The translations under genes were made by a program, and so were the position numbers. A stretch of DNA of 64,000 nt. Origin: Chrysomallon squamiferum (taxonomy: Eukaryota > Animalia > Mollusca). Below, in pieces: positions 40,087 through 53,998 of this stretch. The first letter of the stretch is position 1. Each line of letters opens with the position of its first letter. The notes beneath the pieces were generated by a model. It did no database searches and had not been told where the DNA came from. It was given only the letters and a program-made list of their open reading frames with translations. The stretch covers positions 23,436,001 to 23,500,000 of the forward strand of contig CM022671.1 of assembly GCA_012295275.1 (NCBI GenBank), in the 5' to 3' direction.

Positions 40087-43000
40087 TAGCAGTAGGGACG
40101 ATTTGCAGTTTGATAATTATATGTACATAAAGCTTACAGCGTGAGCTGAAATATATTATGATTTGTTAATATAGACACGGGAGACTTCGACATTGACTGC
40201 TGTTTGGTTATGTATTACAGTGACAAAAGATAACGTATCTTGTACTAACATAATCGGACACTAACATATTCACTATGGGGGCAGTTCAAAAAAAAAAGTA
40301 TTACTCCTTATGTCCAGTTGTCTCCCCTTCTCTGTTTAAAATTAGTGGATTTTAGAATGAACGCAGATCTTCGACCCGGCCTTGGACATTCAAGAATTTA
40401 GATCAGTATTAAACCAGGCCGTTTTCCCTGGGCCCTGTCGTTCGCATCATTTAGCACGACTAATTACAAATGCGATTACAGTGTCAGTCATGTGACAAAT
40501 CTTGTTAGGATAATCGCCACGTTAATGACCTTCGACCTTTTCCCAGTTAACCTCTGACTTATCGTCTACCTGATATTGACTTTGGAGCTTTTGACGGACC
40601 GTAATTTCATGAATATTCATCAGAACGCTTCCAGCCAATCGATACGCCGGCTAATTCTTGGTCTTTTTATTATAACGAGTGGAATAATTTGACAGAGATG
40701 CGCGCCTAATTAGATCAGAAAGTTGCTCAACAGAAGATTTAATCATGGCCGCCGCGTCACATGATAGTCGCTCGTGACAAGTTATGGGTGTAGGTTTACA
40801 GGGAGCAACGATTGACTACATTACCGTCATGAATTCAGTCCAATAAACACTCCCTTGAGGCGCCATATTTGCATATTTTTAACGATTGTTAGCCTGCTGC
40901 GTTGGCCATAAAATATTCAAATGGTCCTCGGAAAAAAAACCCGGATAAAAACCATTCTGAAGTTACGAGTGTAGAATGGCTGGTCCAAATTTTTCAAAAA
41001 CATATTATTGCTGTTCTGTTTTGTTCTGAAACAAAACAAGATAATAGACTGCAACACAGAGCTCCAGTATATAGTTATTTCACGTTCCAATTATTATCTA
41101 CTGCTATAATAAACAAATATCGTGGAATCTGCATAAAAAAATAGCTGTTGGTGCTAATCTGCGCTCTCCTATCTAAGACCGTTAACTCTAAATTTACGAC
41201 TTTTATAAGACACTTAATAATTATCAATATAAATGTACTGGAGAGTCGCCAGACAAAAATTCAAAAAAAATATTCATTCATAATCGACATGGAATTTCAT
41301 GTTCTGTTTATTTTGTATTGGTGTTTCGATTGCAGTGTTATAAGGCAGAACCATATATAAGTAGTAGTAGTAGTAGTTGTTGTTTTTGTTGTTGTTGTAA
41401 ATTGTAATAGCAATAGTAGTGGTATTAATACTAGAAGTAGTAGAGAAATATTACTACTGGTAAAAATAAATGATGATGATAAGCTTTGAATGCCACAGTC
41501 TAAAAGGGGTAGTCTAAAAATAAAAATAACTTTTCTTGGCAGTATTCTTACACCTTACTGTTTTCTAACATAATTCTCCAAACTCTGCTATTTCTGATAA
41601 ACACGAAACTAATTTTCACCGTTTTTTTACGCACCTTTTTGAAGATATATTTTTAAAATGTTGAAAGAGAATGAAATAAACGAAGCAATAACGAAAGGAA
41701 TGGAAACATATACAGATTATTACTATACAGCTCGTCTGACGTCAGGCAGAATGTAAGTTAATGTAAAATGTGGGAAAGAAATACTTGGCATATACAGTTT
41801 ATATATATATACATGTGTGTTATTTAATATATTCAGATACATGCATGTTTTATATATATATATACAAACACATACATACATATATATTAATCTATTTATC
41901 TATTTTGTTTATTTATTTTTTTATTATTATTATGTTTTTATTTTTTAAATTATGTGCTTTGCAATAAATAAATTATAAAAAATGAAAGCAAGAAAATAAA
42001 ATAATAATAATCATACTGCCCTAATTTTGTTTTGGTGATCTCATTTCGGAAAATCTGTTAGCCAGAAACACATAAAAACAATCAAACAAATAGAATTTAT
42101 TCATTTAAAGAGAATTAGGAAAGAGATTCAAAAAAAAGAAAAGAAATCAGAATCATTTAATTTCTCCTTCTCAGAAAATTAATAAAAATGTTCTACGGTG
42201 GAAGTTATAAATAATGGTTCCCTATAATCGAAAATGAAATGAAAAAGAACAACTGATGAAAGATGAAGCCGAAATGACAGTCATCCGTCACACATTATTA
42301 TTATTATTATTATTGCTGTTGTTGTTGTTATTTTTATTATTATTGTTATTGTTATTATTATTATTTATTTATTTATTATAACACTAAAACGTAGTGGTTG
42401 AATATTCTTAAAACTATATATTAACAAATAAAATCTATTAAAATAAATACATATTTTAACTCGCTTACACACACACACACACGCACACACACACACACAA
42501 ACACACATATATGCACACTCATATACATACGCAAACGCAGGCACACACACACACACACACACACACATTCCTCAAACATATGCACATGCAGATAAACCAA
42601 CACACATTTTTTCACAACTGCGTCCAAAACATGAAGACACATAACGAAAATGATTATCTCTGGCCGATCCTAAACTTTGAAATGTTTTAAGGCCACACAC
42701 AGTGACCCGTCCAGTCAAAATTAAATACATGTGCTTCATTTATCTTACCACTGCACCTTCATGGGTTACATTAAACGAATACTTTCCACAGATTTCATTA
42801 CAGAGTTCATTTCAAGAGACACACCTCAGAAGAAAAAAACCAGCCATCTGGTGTTATTGCGTCGCATATATTTCGTTTCGCTTCGGTAATATTGTGTTTG
42901 ATTGTACATAACTGTAGCTGTTGTACTTAACTGTATTGTATCCTTTATATTGGTTAATTGTTTATTTATCTTGTGAATGAATTTTTGTTTGTTTTTTTTA

Positions 43001-44604
43001 TTTAGAAATTGTATTGAAATCAACGACACTCAAATCAAACTGGCATTTATGTCGAAGTTTTTAATTTTACATGCACGTTCTCGCCTGATTTATACTTGCA
43101 TAACTCCAGTAATTCTAACCATCACTATAATTCAGTCCCTGTTTTTCTCTTCGTTTTTTTTTCTTTTTATTATTTCATTTTCTTTTATTTTATTTTTTAT
43201 TTATTATTTTAACAAATATAAAAATATAATAAAATTTATACAGTTATCGTTTTTATTACTTTTTTATTCGAATTTTTTATTATTATTATTTATTTATATA
43301 TTTTTTATTATTATTTTTTTACACATTTTATTTTTCACATTATACCATAATTTTAAACTATACCATAATTTTAAATTATTCCTTGCAAAATAAAATTATT
43401 TTTAAAAACTATATTACTAAGATTAATTGAACTGATAAATGTATTATTCATTTTAAACTATTAAAACACATAATTCAAATACAAATATATTCAGAAATAA
43501 TAACGACATAGTCTGTTTCGGCATCTCAAAATAATGTAATACTTTAAGCAAATTTTGAAGTTAAAGCAAGGCGCTATGTTTCCAGGTTTAAATACGAACT
43601 CAAAAGTGTTGTGTAAGGTTACTAAGACAGAAATATTTTTGCACCAGAATTGGGTATGAAATTTTTTTTTAAATACTAAGCCACTAACTTTCCACCAAAG
43701 AGCTTTGGAATAAATTAACAAAACGCAAACTGGTTAATATTATTTTCGACAAGATTCTAAACTGTAGAAGCTAGAACTGTAATTACAGTGCAGCTTATTA
43801 CAAACCGAGACACACGATTGATGCAGAGTAACATAGCATAATAATAAGAAAAATACATTTTTAGATTTAATCAACCTTTAAAAAAATTAGCATTTTGTAT
43901 GGCATCGATATATATATATATATTTTTTAATATATGCCCGCTAACATTTTCTGATTTACAATATTAAAGTTACGATTTTACAATTAATTCTTACATCTGT
44001 GCTTATTGATATAGATCCAAACAAGCCAATTACATTAAAGTATATAATTAAACTCATGAAGTTTAAAAATCTCTCTCCGCTCCTTAATTTGAAATATTTG
44101 TCCTCTTGAAGTTTTCCTGTTTTTAACCCTGACTGACCACAAACACACTCTGGATAGTTTACACTGGGTGCGGGAACTGGTGGTAAAACTTTGAAAACAG
44201 TTCTAGCGTTTGTTATCTTAAAATATTCAAAGAACAGAGGAACTGATAAATACTCTGTTGCGGTATTAAACAAATCTAATTTATTTAACTAAACTAGTAT
44301 TAGTAGTAGTAGTAGTAGTAATAGCATCAACAGCAACATCTGTAGTTGTAGTAGTAGTAGTAGCAACAGCAGCAGCAACAGTACGACGACCAGCCTTAGT
44401 AGTAGTAGTAACAGCAAAATCAGTAGTTGCGTCAACATTTATATACTTGTTTCTCAAGATTCCTAATGAAATCATCATGTTCTTTACATGGGTTCTACGT
44501 TTTGCTGTTTATTATTTAAATAAATCTTTTAATTCATTTTAGAGAATGTTGCTTCTCTCCAAAAATAACAGTTGGGAGATTATTATTATTATTATTATTA
44601 TTAT

Positions 44605-44635
<31 letters not shown>

Positions 44636-45678
44636 CGAATAGAAGATGCTTTTAATAATACAGTTAAAGTCTGGTAGCAATAAATTCTAAGATAAAATTT
44701 TGAAATTACTTTTTATAATGTATGATGGTAGAAATTTATAAACACATACGATGTTAATTCAAAGTAAAACGAAAATGAAATGGAAACATTCGGAACGTTT
44801 AGCGTATCATAAAAATAAATTAGAAAAAAGCTGCACTTAATAAAATGACTGCACTAATACTGAATTTGTTCGTGTTATAAAAACAATCGCTATGAAATAC
44901 AGATTTTATCAGTTATCTTCTTTTCTGCAGTAAATGTTCACAAGAGTTTTACAGTCATCTTTAAAGATTACAAAAAACCCCATATATTTCACCTCATTTA
45001 ATCAGACCTTATCTTTTACCACAGACACTACAATGTATATTCAAGATTATTAAAGATTAAATTTTCTCTTGAAGCAATCTGGACTCTAAAGGAATACTTA
45101 AAACTCGGAGAATTTCGAAAGTTTTGAAAAAGCGCAACTGAAATTAGCCACCTGGTTTGTAACAGAAGCTCTCTCGAGAAGACAAGATAGATGATATTTG
45201 TTTTAAAATTTCACATTTTTAACAGCAGTTACCTTACCGCAAGCTATCAAGAGTTTACAAAAACACTGACCGATTAGATAGGTTAATATGTTTGTCTTTC
45301 AACAGGCAAGTAAATAACTGGATCAGTGTGTTTATGAGATGTCCGGCAAAACGCGCTGGCCGAAGACTGACATTGTAAACCAGGAAATTCGCCAATTAAC
45401 CTCAAAATTCTAAAGTATGCTTTCTGGCGAAATTCGAGAACAGTTATCGGCTTAAAATCAGCTTTATGTTACTAAATATGAATATTATCTTTTCAGGATT
45501 CGTCTGTGAGACTGGTGGAAAGTTTATCCGGTCTGACGATTGGCAGTTTTTTTTTTTTATAATTACTTTTTATTTAATTTGTTTACGAATGTTTTCTTTT
45601 CTGATCGATAGACCGTTTTGCGCGTTTTCCTTTTTCTATTATTATTTTAAAATTATATCTTATTTGATCTTGTTTCAT

Positions 45679-45727
<49 letters not shown>

Positions 45728-46826
45728 GAATATGATAATTACGTAATGTAAATAACATGTTACAACAACAAAATGTGAAACAATACTGACGTAGATTTTC
45801 CGAACATCACATAGCCAAAACAAACAATACAACTTACCTCATCTTGAAGTTCAGACAGCTATAGAATTTCTTCGATCCTAGTTCACGAAAAAAAAAATCT
45901 CTTTGAATTTTTTTTTATCGATTCACCGACATCTAAAGAAGAAAAAAAAAAAAGAAGAAGAAAAAAGTTAATAAAAAAATTATTTTCTTACGTATCATTA
46001 TAATGTATTATGTTGTATTTATCAAAATATTACTAGTATTTAAATTTGACCTTGGCTGGAAAATGCCGACAGACGTCCTCAAGTCCAAACCTTCTTCAAA
46101 GTTTCGACGCAAGCCAGTGCTGGCGGACTGGTCAAATATCGGTATTAACCGTCCTGGGTCTCATCTTAACAGAGATTCAAGTATTGATTTTTTCATGCGC
46201 GTGCGCACGTGCTTAATGCAAAATACTATCGAAATTTATTCATAAGGGGATTGTCATGTTTCGAAAAATGGAAAAGATCTTTCGTTTTGTTGCGTCCGTG
46301 TTTTCCTCATATTGATCAGTATAGAATTTCGCAGAAGAAAACCAAAACTAATTTTCAAAAACGTTTCTGAGATTTCAGTTCATATTAATTACAAGTCTTT
46401 AGCATATATAAATATCCCATATATAAATATGCGCGTTTCGAAACAAAATATTGTTAAATCTGAAATAAACGGAAAAAAAAAACAACATATTATTATTTGT
46501 AAGTGTTACTGAATGTGTTTAAAAAAACAAACAAAACGGAGACAAAAACAAAATACATCATAGAAATAAAATAATAATTTGTTATATTCACATATAAATT
46601 TGTTGCTTTGTAGTGTCTATGTTGCTTTATAGTATTGTTGTTGTCTGTTCTTAATAATTCTTTATTACCTGAATGTAATTTAATTATATCTGATTTATTT
46701 ATTTATTTAGCAATATTTCCAATTTCCTTTTCTTTACCGAAATACATATTATTAAGTGATTAAGCGATTTCAATTCGTATTCATGAAACTAGGATGAATT
46801 TCACTATTTCGTGAATAAAATAAGGC

Positions 46827-46859
<33 letters not shown>

Positions 46860-46952
46860 GTAACACGGTAATCTCGTATTAAATAATCAGTAAAGATTAA
46901 AATTAAAAGTTTGTGCGAAATATTTAATAACAACAACAACAACAACAGCAGC

Positions 46953-46987
<35 letters not shown>

Positions 46988-47297
46988 TAATAATAATAAT
47001 AATAATAAACAAAATAAGCAAAAATGCACTCATTAAAATTAAATTTCTTGAAAATGTTTCACGTACAAATCTAAGTGGGTCAGGAAGTTACTGATATTTG
47101 CACAGTCTTGATACTCTGTCAAAAATAACCGATTAACTTCCAGGATGAAAGGCTGAACAAGTTTGGGTCTTTTGCGTTCGAATGTAGTTCTTTAATTACA
47201 TCACTACAGGATGTACGTACTACGTGGGTTGTATAATGAAAACAAATTAATTAATCATTTATAAGAAAAAAAATATAAATATTAATTAAACAAAGAG

Positions 47298-47303
<6 letters not shown>

Positions 47304-47382
<79 letters not shown>

Positions 47383-47398
47383 GAGAGAGAGAGAGAGA
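47304..47398 (+). repeat. (GA)n microsatellite
   Basis: Directly visible. Confidence 0.97.
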
Positions 47399-47972
47399 AA
47401 ATATTGTTGGTATCATGCACGTAAGAATAATAATATAAAAATAACGATAATAATAACAACAACAATAACAATAATGACGGTAATAATATTAATAAAAATA
47501 ATAATAATAATATTTATATTAATAATAATAATCATCATCATCATCATGCTGAGTGTTATTAATATTAGAAAACTGAATACAGAAGAAAAAAAACTGCAGA
47601 AGTACTGATTCGTAATGAAACTGATTTTAAAACCTGCACATGCATATCACATTCCTTCCACCCATTTCAGTTTTCATGCGTTCTGTGATCACGCAGCAAA
47701 TCAAAACAATTCTCACTTAGCTATGATTGGCTGTTGATTCAAAGATGGCAATTTGTTTCATTTATTACTGATAATCGCGAGTGCGTATTTATGTTAAAAT
47801 ATGTATTTATTAACTGACTGATTCATTCATTAGTTCGTTCGTATATTCCTAAGTAAACAATTACTCTTCTGGTTAAGGCGAAAATGGCTGATGATCAAAC
47901 TATGGTTTATTTTATTCGAATCTTCGAAAAAAACCTAAAGAAACATTACATACTAATGCATTTGCAACTGTC

Positions 47973-48005
<33 letters not shown>

Positions 48006-48459
48006 AAAAGGAAACTTTTTTTTACCTATAAATCTCCTGTTTCATTTTAAAAATATATAAATCTCCTGTTTCTTTTTTTTTTTTTTTTTTTTATTTAATC
48101 TTTTCTATTTTGTTAATTGATTTGTATGTTTTTAGGTTTTGCTTCTGTAACGTGGACAGTGTCTTGGTATTTCATTAACTTGACATTACGGAAGTAATTA
48201 CTTCAAGTGCGGAAATAATTCAAACCTATTCAAGAGACACTGAAAACATCTACTTGAAAACCTGTTACTGACGAATAGTTCAAAACAGTCTCTTTATATA
48301 CGTATATAATTATATATCGTTTATTAGAGCATAAGGCTGCTTTTCAACGCGAAAAATATTTTGTGGGAAAATTGAAAACTGCGTGGGTAAATGGATTAAT
48401 GTTTGACAGTACTGTTACTGTTACGGTTGTTTTTATAAATAATAACATTTAAAGCTGAC

Positions 48460-48550
48460 ATCGTCATCATCATTATTATTACTACTAGTAGTGCAACTAC
48501 TGCTGCTACTACTGTTGTTATTACTGTTATTGCTATTGTTATTGTTGTTG

Positions 48551-48627
<77 letters not shown>

Positions 48628-48643
48628 ATCATTATTATTATTA
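48460..48643 (+). repeat. Compound trinucleotide array (CAT/ACT/GTT/ATT)
   Basis: Directly visible. Confidence 0.93.
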
Positions 48644-51600
48644 CTGAGGGACATTTCTGATTCAGAAGCAAATAAGATTTGATTATGCACATTTAAAAAA
48701 AAAGAATAAATAAATAAATAAATAAACAAATAAAAATACGACCGAAATAACCACACACCACATTAAACTACAGAAATGAATTAACCAAATTTAAGCAATA
48801 ATTTATTTAAAAACGAAGAAACAAGAGAAAAAAATCATAGCCTTGGTTGACAAATATTCATAAAAACACTTGACAAGCGCTGTTTCTGAAGGAAAGATAT
48901 TTCATTATGTGGAATGTATGGGCCAATTAGCGTTGCCTGACGTTTGTTAAACGCTGGTATTATTACCAACTGAATTTGGCATTTTCGACAGACTTAATCG
49001 TGAAGTCGTGTAATGTGATATTAAAACTAATTTGATAAATATTGCATGCACTCGTTACAATGAAAACGCAAAAAAAGTGACAGAGAGATGTGTCATACGG
49101 AACTAATTAACATATTTAAACAGCGTGTTGTGTGTTTCACATTTTGTCTTCTCGTGTTTCTTATTTTTATTTTATTTTTATTTTTTATTTTTTATTTTTT
49201 TCCTGTATGGTTTGTTGATTCTTAGAAGAGAAAAAAAGAAATTGGAGAGATTAAAGAACAAAATCTTATAATTTGATATTAATTCAGTTTAAGATTTCCT
49301 TTTTGTGATTTCTTCTTCTTTTTTTTTTGATTTTTTTTGTTGTTTTTTTTCTTTTTTTTAAAGTTTTTGTTAAGATCTTTTATTTATTAATTTATATATA
49401 TATATATATATATTCTATTTATTTTTTTAAATTAAAAATTAGATATTAGATGGCTTAAAGACTATATATTTTATTTAAAAATTATTTTGAATGTAATAAT
49501 AATTTTAAAATTTAATTCCGCAACACAATAAAAGATTAATAAACAACATTAAAAAACAAAAACAGAAAAAAAACAGAAGAATATCAATTAGAAATTTTGT
49601 TGCTGTTTTCTTTTTAAAATATCGGGCGCTGCTACCTCCTAAAAATTTTACGATAAATTAAATGAATAAAAGATAATCAAATATAATTTTAATAAATCAT
49701 TTAATGCTTTGAGATTATAAACAGTTATCATTTTTTATGACGGAAAAGGCGTGAGATAAATGTTTATTACGTAATTCTGTGAATGTGCCGAACTGTTTTA
49801 TGTTTGTTTTGTTGTTGTTTTTCTGGGTTTTTTTGTTTGTTTTTTCTCTCTCTTTTCAAACTGGTATAATATGCTAAGAAAATGACATTATATATAAAGT
49901 ATTATAATATATATATATATTGAAAAAGATTATTTTAAATAATTTCCTAATGTGAATAGACAAAAGAAAAAACAAAAGAAATAGCTGATAATCTTAACAG
50001 AGTCTAATAATTATTATTAAAGAAAACAAAAACAAAACAAAAAGAACGAGAAAACACCAAGAACAAAATGTTACATGGAATATGTTAAAAATTTGTACGT
50101 CGCGAAAGTACACAAAAATCAAATCAAACATTTAATTAACGGAGATGGTTGGAAACAGTTTAATTTCTGTCCTGTCTGGGGAGCATTGTAAATATCTGGC
50201 CGAAGTCCTTCCGTACAATCCCCACATAATATCGTGTTCACTTTATCAGCCTCGGGCAGTCAGGCTAACGAAATGAACAGTTAGAAATCTCAAATAAATG
50301 TCTTTCGTACCGCGGCAATCAAACTGAAAATCCCATTTACAACAACACAATCAAACCAGCCACCTCTAAGCCAATCTGTTGCGTTTTGGGGATAAACGAT
50401 AAATCATATTCTGAATTAACAATTAACTTTCTTCGTATTTCCCCCCCCATCACATTTTTCCCCCTTGCTCTCTCTCTCTCTCTATCTGGTGTTGTGAAAC
50501 ATGCGTGTGAGTTTGTTTCAGTGCGCGTTATTAACTTTCTGTGCGGACTTTCTTGCGATCGTATCGGGGGCCCGTGAACGCGACGTGACTCACGGTAGCT
50601 CTAGACTCAGAAAGCAAAAACCAACAAAGAGTTTCCCGATCGATTTAGAGTTCAAATTCAATTACCCATCTCTCTGAATTTCGTATCAAGTGGCGTATTT
50701 ATCAATAACATTTATCAGCAAAGTGTCCTGCAACTAACTGATGGGCCGCGTTGGAATGTTCTGTTGCAATCTAAGCCAACAATCGGCGTAACGTTTTCGA
50801 AATTTTTTTGGTTTGTTTCCCTTCCAAGGGATGCGATGGGATGGGAAGTGGTTCGTGCGTTTCGTGTTTTTGATCGTCCGATATGAAAATACGATTCATC
50901 CTGGCCCAGCTCTCCGCCATGTTTGGACTAATCAAACTTAGTTTACATTTAATTCGAAATGTTCCTTTGTGTTTTTTTTTATCGTATTTTTTTTTTTTTT
51001 TTTTTTCTTCACCACACCGCCATGCGAGAGTACCGTGCTTTACGGAAATGACGCAGATCAAATTTGCCAAATCTAATTGGCTGATTACATTATCAGATTT
51101 GTTTAAAGTATTTGGACCAAACTTGATAACCTTCACCGTCCTCTTTGTTAATCGTGTTTCTTTTCCCAATGTTATCTGTTGATTTTTCTGAATAATAAAC
51201 TAACGTTTTAATTTTTCTTAATAGGCACAGAAAGAGAATGTTATTTTGTTTTTTCGTTTTTCTTATTCTGTCATATCGATACATTGTGTGAAAAAAGATT
51301 TTAAAAATTACTGAATATAGTACAATATACTTTCTCAGGAATATACTAAGTTAATCTATTTAAAACCTATTCAAGATAACAGCACATCATGATTTAAGAA
51401 AAGGGAGCGTCACTATTAACTAGAAAATAAGCTGAAAAGAGTTTCATTAGAAAGGCAAAAGTATTGTCGAGGGGAAAAAACACGCGCGCACACACCCATA
51501 CTCAAACACGTAACTGTTCAGCGCAGTAAATATTTAGAACAAATCTGAAAATCATCTATTATGATACTAAATGATACTAAATGAAATATTAGAAACGAAA

Positions 51601-52245
51601 AAATCCTCAGCTTACAAGTAATTAATGTAGCCTTAAACAAAAATAATAATAATATGCTCAGGATGAAGAAAAAAAAAACGAAAGGTAAAAAGAAGGGGAA
51701 AAAAAGAAAAAGTAGAAAAGAAAGGGAAAAAAAAAGAAGAAAAAAAAAAAAGAAGAAAGAGAAAGAAAGAAAGAAAAATTATTTTAAATGACAATCGTAG
51801 GACAGTCTAACACATTACAATGAAGGAAACAAACTCATTTAACAGTTTACTGTGGCTTGAAAACAGAATAATAATAATTCATTAACAAACAGCAAAAATT
51901 AATATATGCGTTTGGTGTTTAACAAAGATATTTAATTTAGAGAAACAAAATACGTAATTATTTTTTCCTTTCTGTTTTTTATTGAAAATGCAACAAAAAT
52001 AAATGAATAAATAAATAAATAACATCTGCTAATATGCAGACATTATTATTGCAAATAGAAATTTAATATGCCTTTAGACCAAAGTGGATATTTGTTACAA
52101 AAATCAATTCAGACGAAATCATTGTTTTAGTATGCCCAGAGAAGATAACTGTCATGTATTTATGCATGTGATGGTTTTATTTTACTGATGAATACAAAAA
52201 CGTCCCAGATAACGATCTCAGTAATTTATATACATTTGTGAGTCT

Positions 52246-52250
<5 letters not shown>

Positions 52251-52321
<71 letters not shown>
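52251..52321 (+). repeat. (TG)n microsatellite
   Basis: Directly visible, about 35 units. Confidence 0.98.
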
Positions 52322-52323
<2 letters not shown>

Positions 52324-52530
52324 CATTAAGTTAGAATGGCAATATTTTATTTATCGAAAATAATTTTTTTTAAATACAAAAAAAGAAAGAACATAAAAAA
52401 TGAACAGTAAATTTATAAAGAAAATTATTAATTCAGAAATATATTTTTCACGTAATTATTTATTAAGTCATAATTTTATTTTATTTTATTTTATTTATTC
52501 TTGTCATCATCACCATTATTATTATTATTA

Positions 52531-52586
<56 letters not shown>

Positions 52587-53130
52587 TAATATCCGTCGGT
52601 ATTACAGAATTACAAAATATCAAACATGATGGCCTCAGTGGTCACAATCCTTGACTCGTCCCGGGGATTCAGTGGAAAGGAGAATGATTAATGCGAGAAT
52701 TTGACAGATCTGTTTATGTCTGACTGGCGTCATTCGGCTTATGTAAAGATTGAAAATTTCATACGCCAAGACCGATATGGTAATATTCAAGATTAGAAAC
52801 AGACATCGGTATTCAATTGTTACGTGACTTTTTCACTTTTAGGACACAAATTAGCAATCGCCGCTGTCTGTAGAAACGCTATTTTCTAATGAATATTGAT
52901 TATTTCAAGAATTTGTTAAAAGAATTTCTTCTCTCTCTTTTTTTTTTTCAAAAAAAAATAATGTGATGGACTATTTTATTGAACTGTGGTTAGACTTTCT
53001 TGACAGACAGGTTCTTTTTTATTATTATTATTATTTTTTTTTTTTTTTTTTTTTTTCCAATCATTACTGCTTCTGATTCAGATGAATTTTCATTATGTTA
53101 AAATGATAAAATTGTGATTCATTGTTTATT

Positions 53131-53262
53131 ATTAATGTTTTGATTTATTACCAATTTTTATAGTTTTATTTTATTTATATGTATATGTATATATAATTTA
53201 TATACACATATACATATAAATAAATAAAACTATAAAAATTGGTAATAAATCAAAACATTAAT
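53131..53262. repeat. Near-perfect 132-bp palindrome (about 65-bp arms, essentially no spacer)
   Basis: ATTAATGTTTTGATTTATTACCAATTTTTATAGTTTTATT... pairs with ...AATAAAACTATAAAAATTGGTAATAAATCAAAACATTAAT. The outer 40 bp are perfect; the inner part has one indel and one mismatch. Confidence 0.95.
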
Positions 53263-53740
53263 GATATATAGTCTCCGATACCAGCAGATTTAACTGGATA
53301 GGATTTGATCCCAGAAACTTTGCTATTTCAGGCAGAAAACGTAATCGCTACGTCACCATCATTTCAACGATTTCATCTTATTTGCCACCCACTTTGTTTT
53401 GTGACGTTTAATCTGCGTCTCGAGTATTTCTTGTTTCAACAACTAACAACATCTAAAGGTATTTTGAGACACATTACAGTAACCTTATACAAACGACACT
53501 TGTTGTGTAGATAACACTTTTAATTACTTTTGATTACTGGCGCTAAGCGCATGGCCCATAAATTTAAGAAGAGAGAAACTAATGCACTTTTAAATCACTG
53601 TACAAACTGTAAGTAAAATGAAACTGAAACTGAAAAAAAAAAAAATTAACGTGCTAATCAGAGCAAGCTGTTGTGAAGCACTAGTAAAATGTATTAGTTC
53701 TTGCCTTATAGTAATTGCCTAATATCTCGAAGATATACGA

Positions 53741-53998
53741 ACATTACCGATTATTACCGATTACTAATTCCAGTTAGTACAGTATCTCAGTATTTATTAC
53801 CGACTACAAATTTCGATGATTAACAACAAGTTCTAATTAATACCAACTACAGATTCTCAATATTTCCACTTATAAGTTCAGATTATTATCGATTACAAAT
53901 TACAAAGCCACAAAAACTGATAATTGCCAATTACAAATTCTAATTGTTTCCGAACAACTTCCGAATATTACCGGGTATAAATTCCGACCATTACGGAT
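53741..53998 (+). repeat. Degenerate ~22-bp minisatellite (consensus approx. TTATTACCGATTACAAATTCCGA), roughly 11-12 units
   Basis: Best units: TTATTACCGATTACTAATTC (53751), TTATTACCGACTACAAATTTCGA (53794), TTAATACCAACTACAGATTC (53837), TTATTATCGATTACAAATT (53883), TAATTGCCAATTACAAATTC (53921) and ATATTACCGGGTATAAATTCCGA (53965). Confidence 0.7.

Noticed and set aside
43340-48072. Short tandem duplications (TATACCATAATTTTAAA x2 at ~43342; TATAAATCTCCTGTTTC x2 at ~48027)
   Set aside because: These are ordinary replication-slippage duplications with no further structure.
53741-53998. CRISPR-like repeat-spacer array
   Set aside because: The repeats are not identical, the 'spacers' are degenerate copies of the same unit, there are no cas genes, and the context is eukaryotic.
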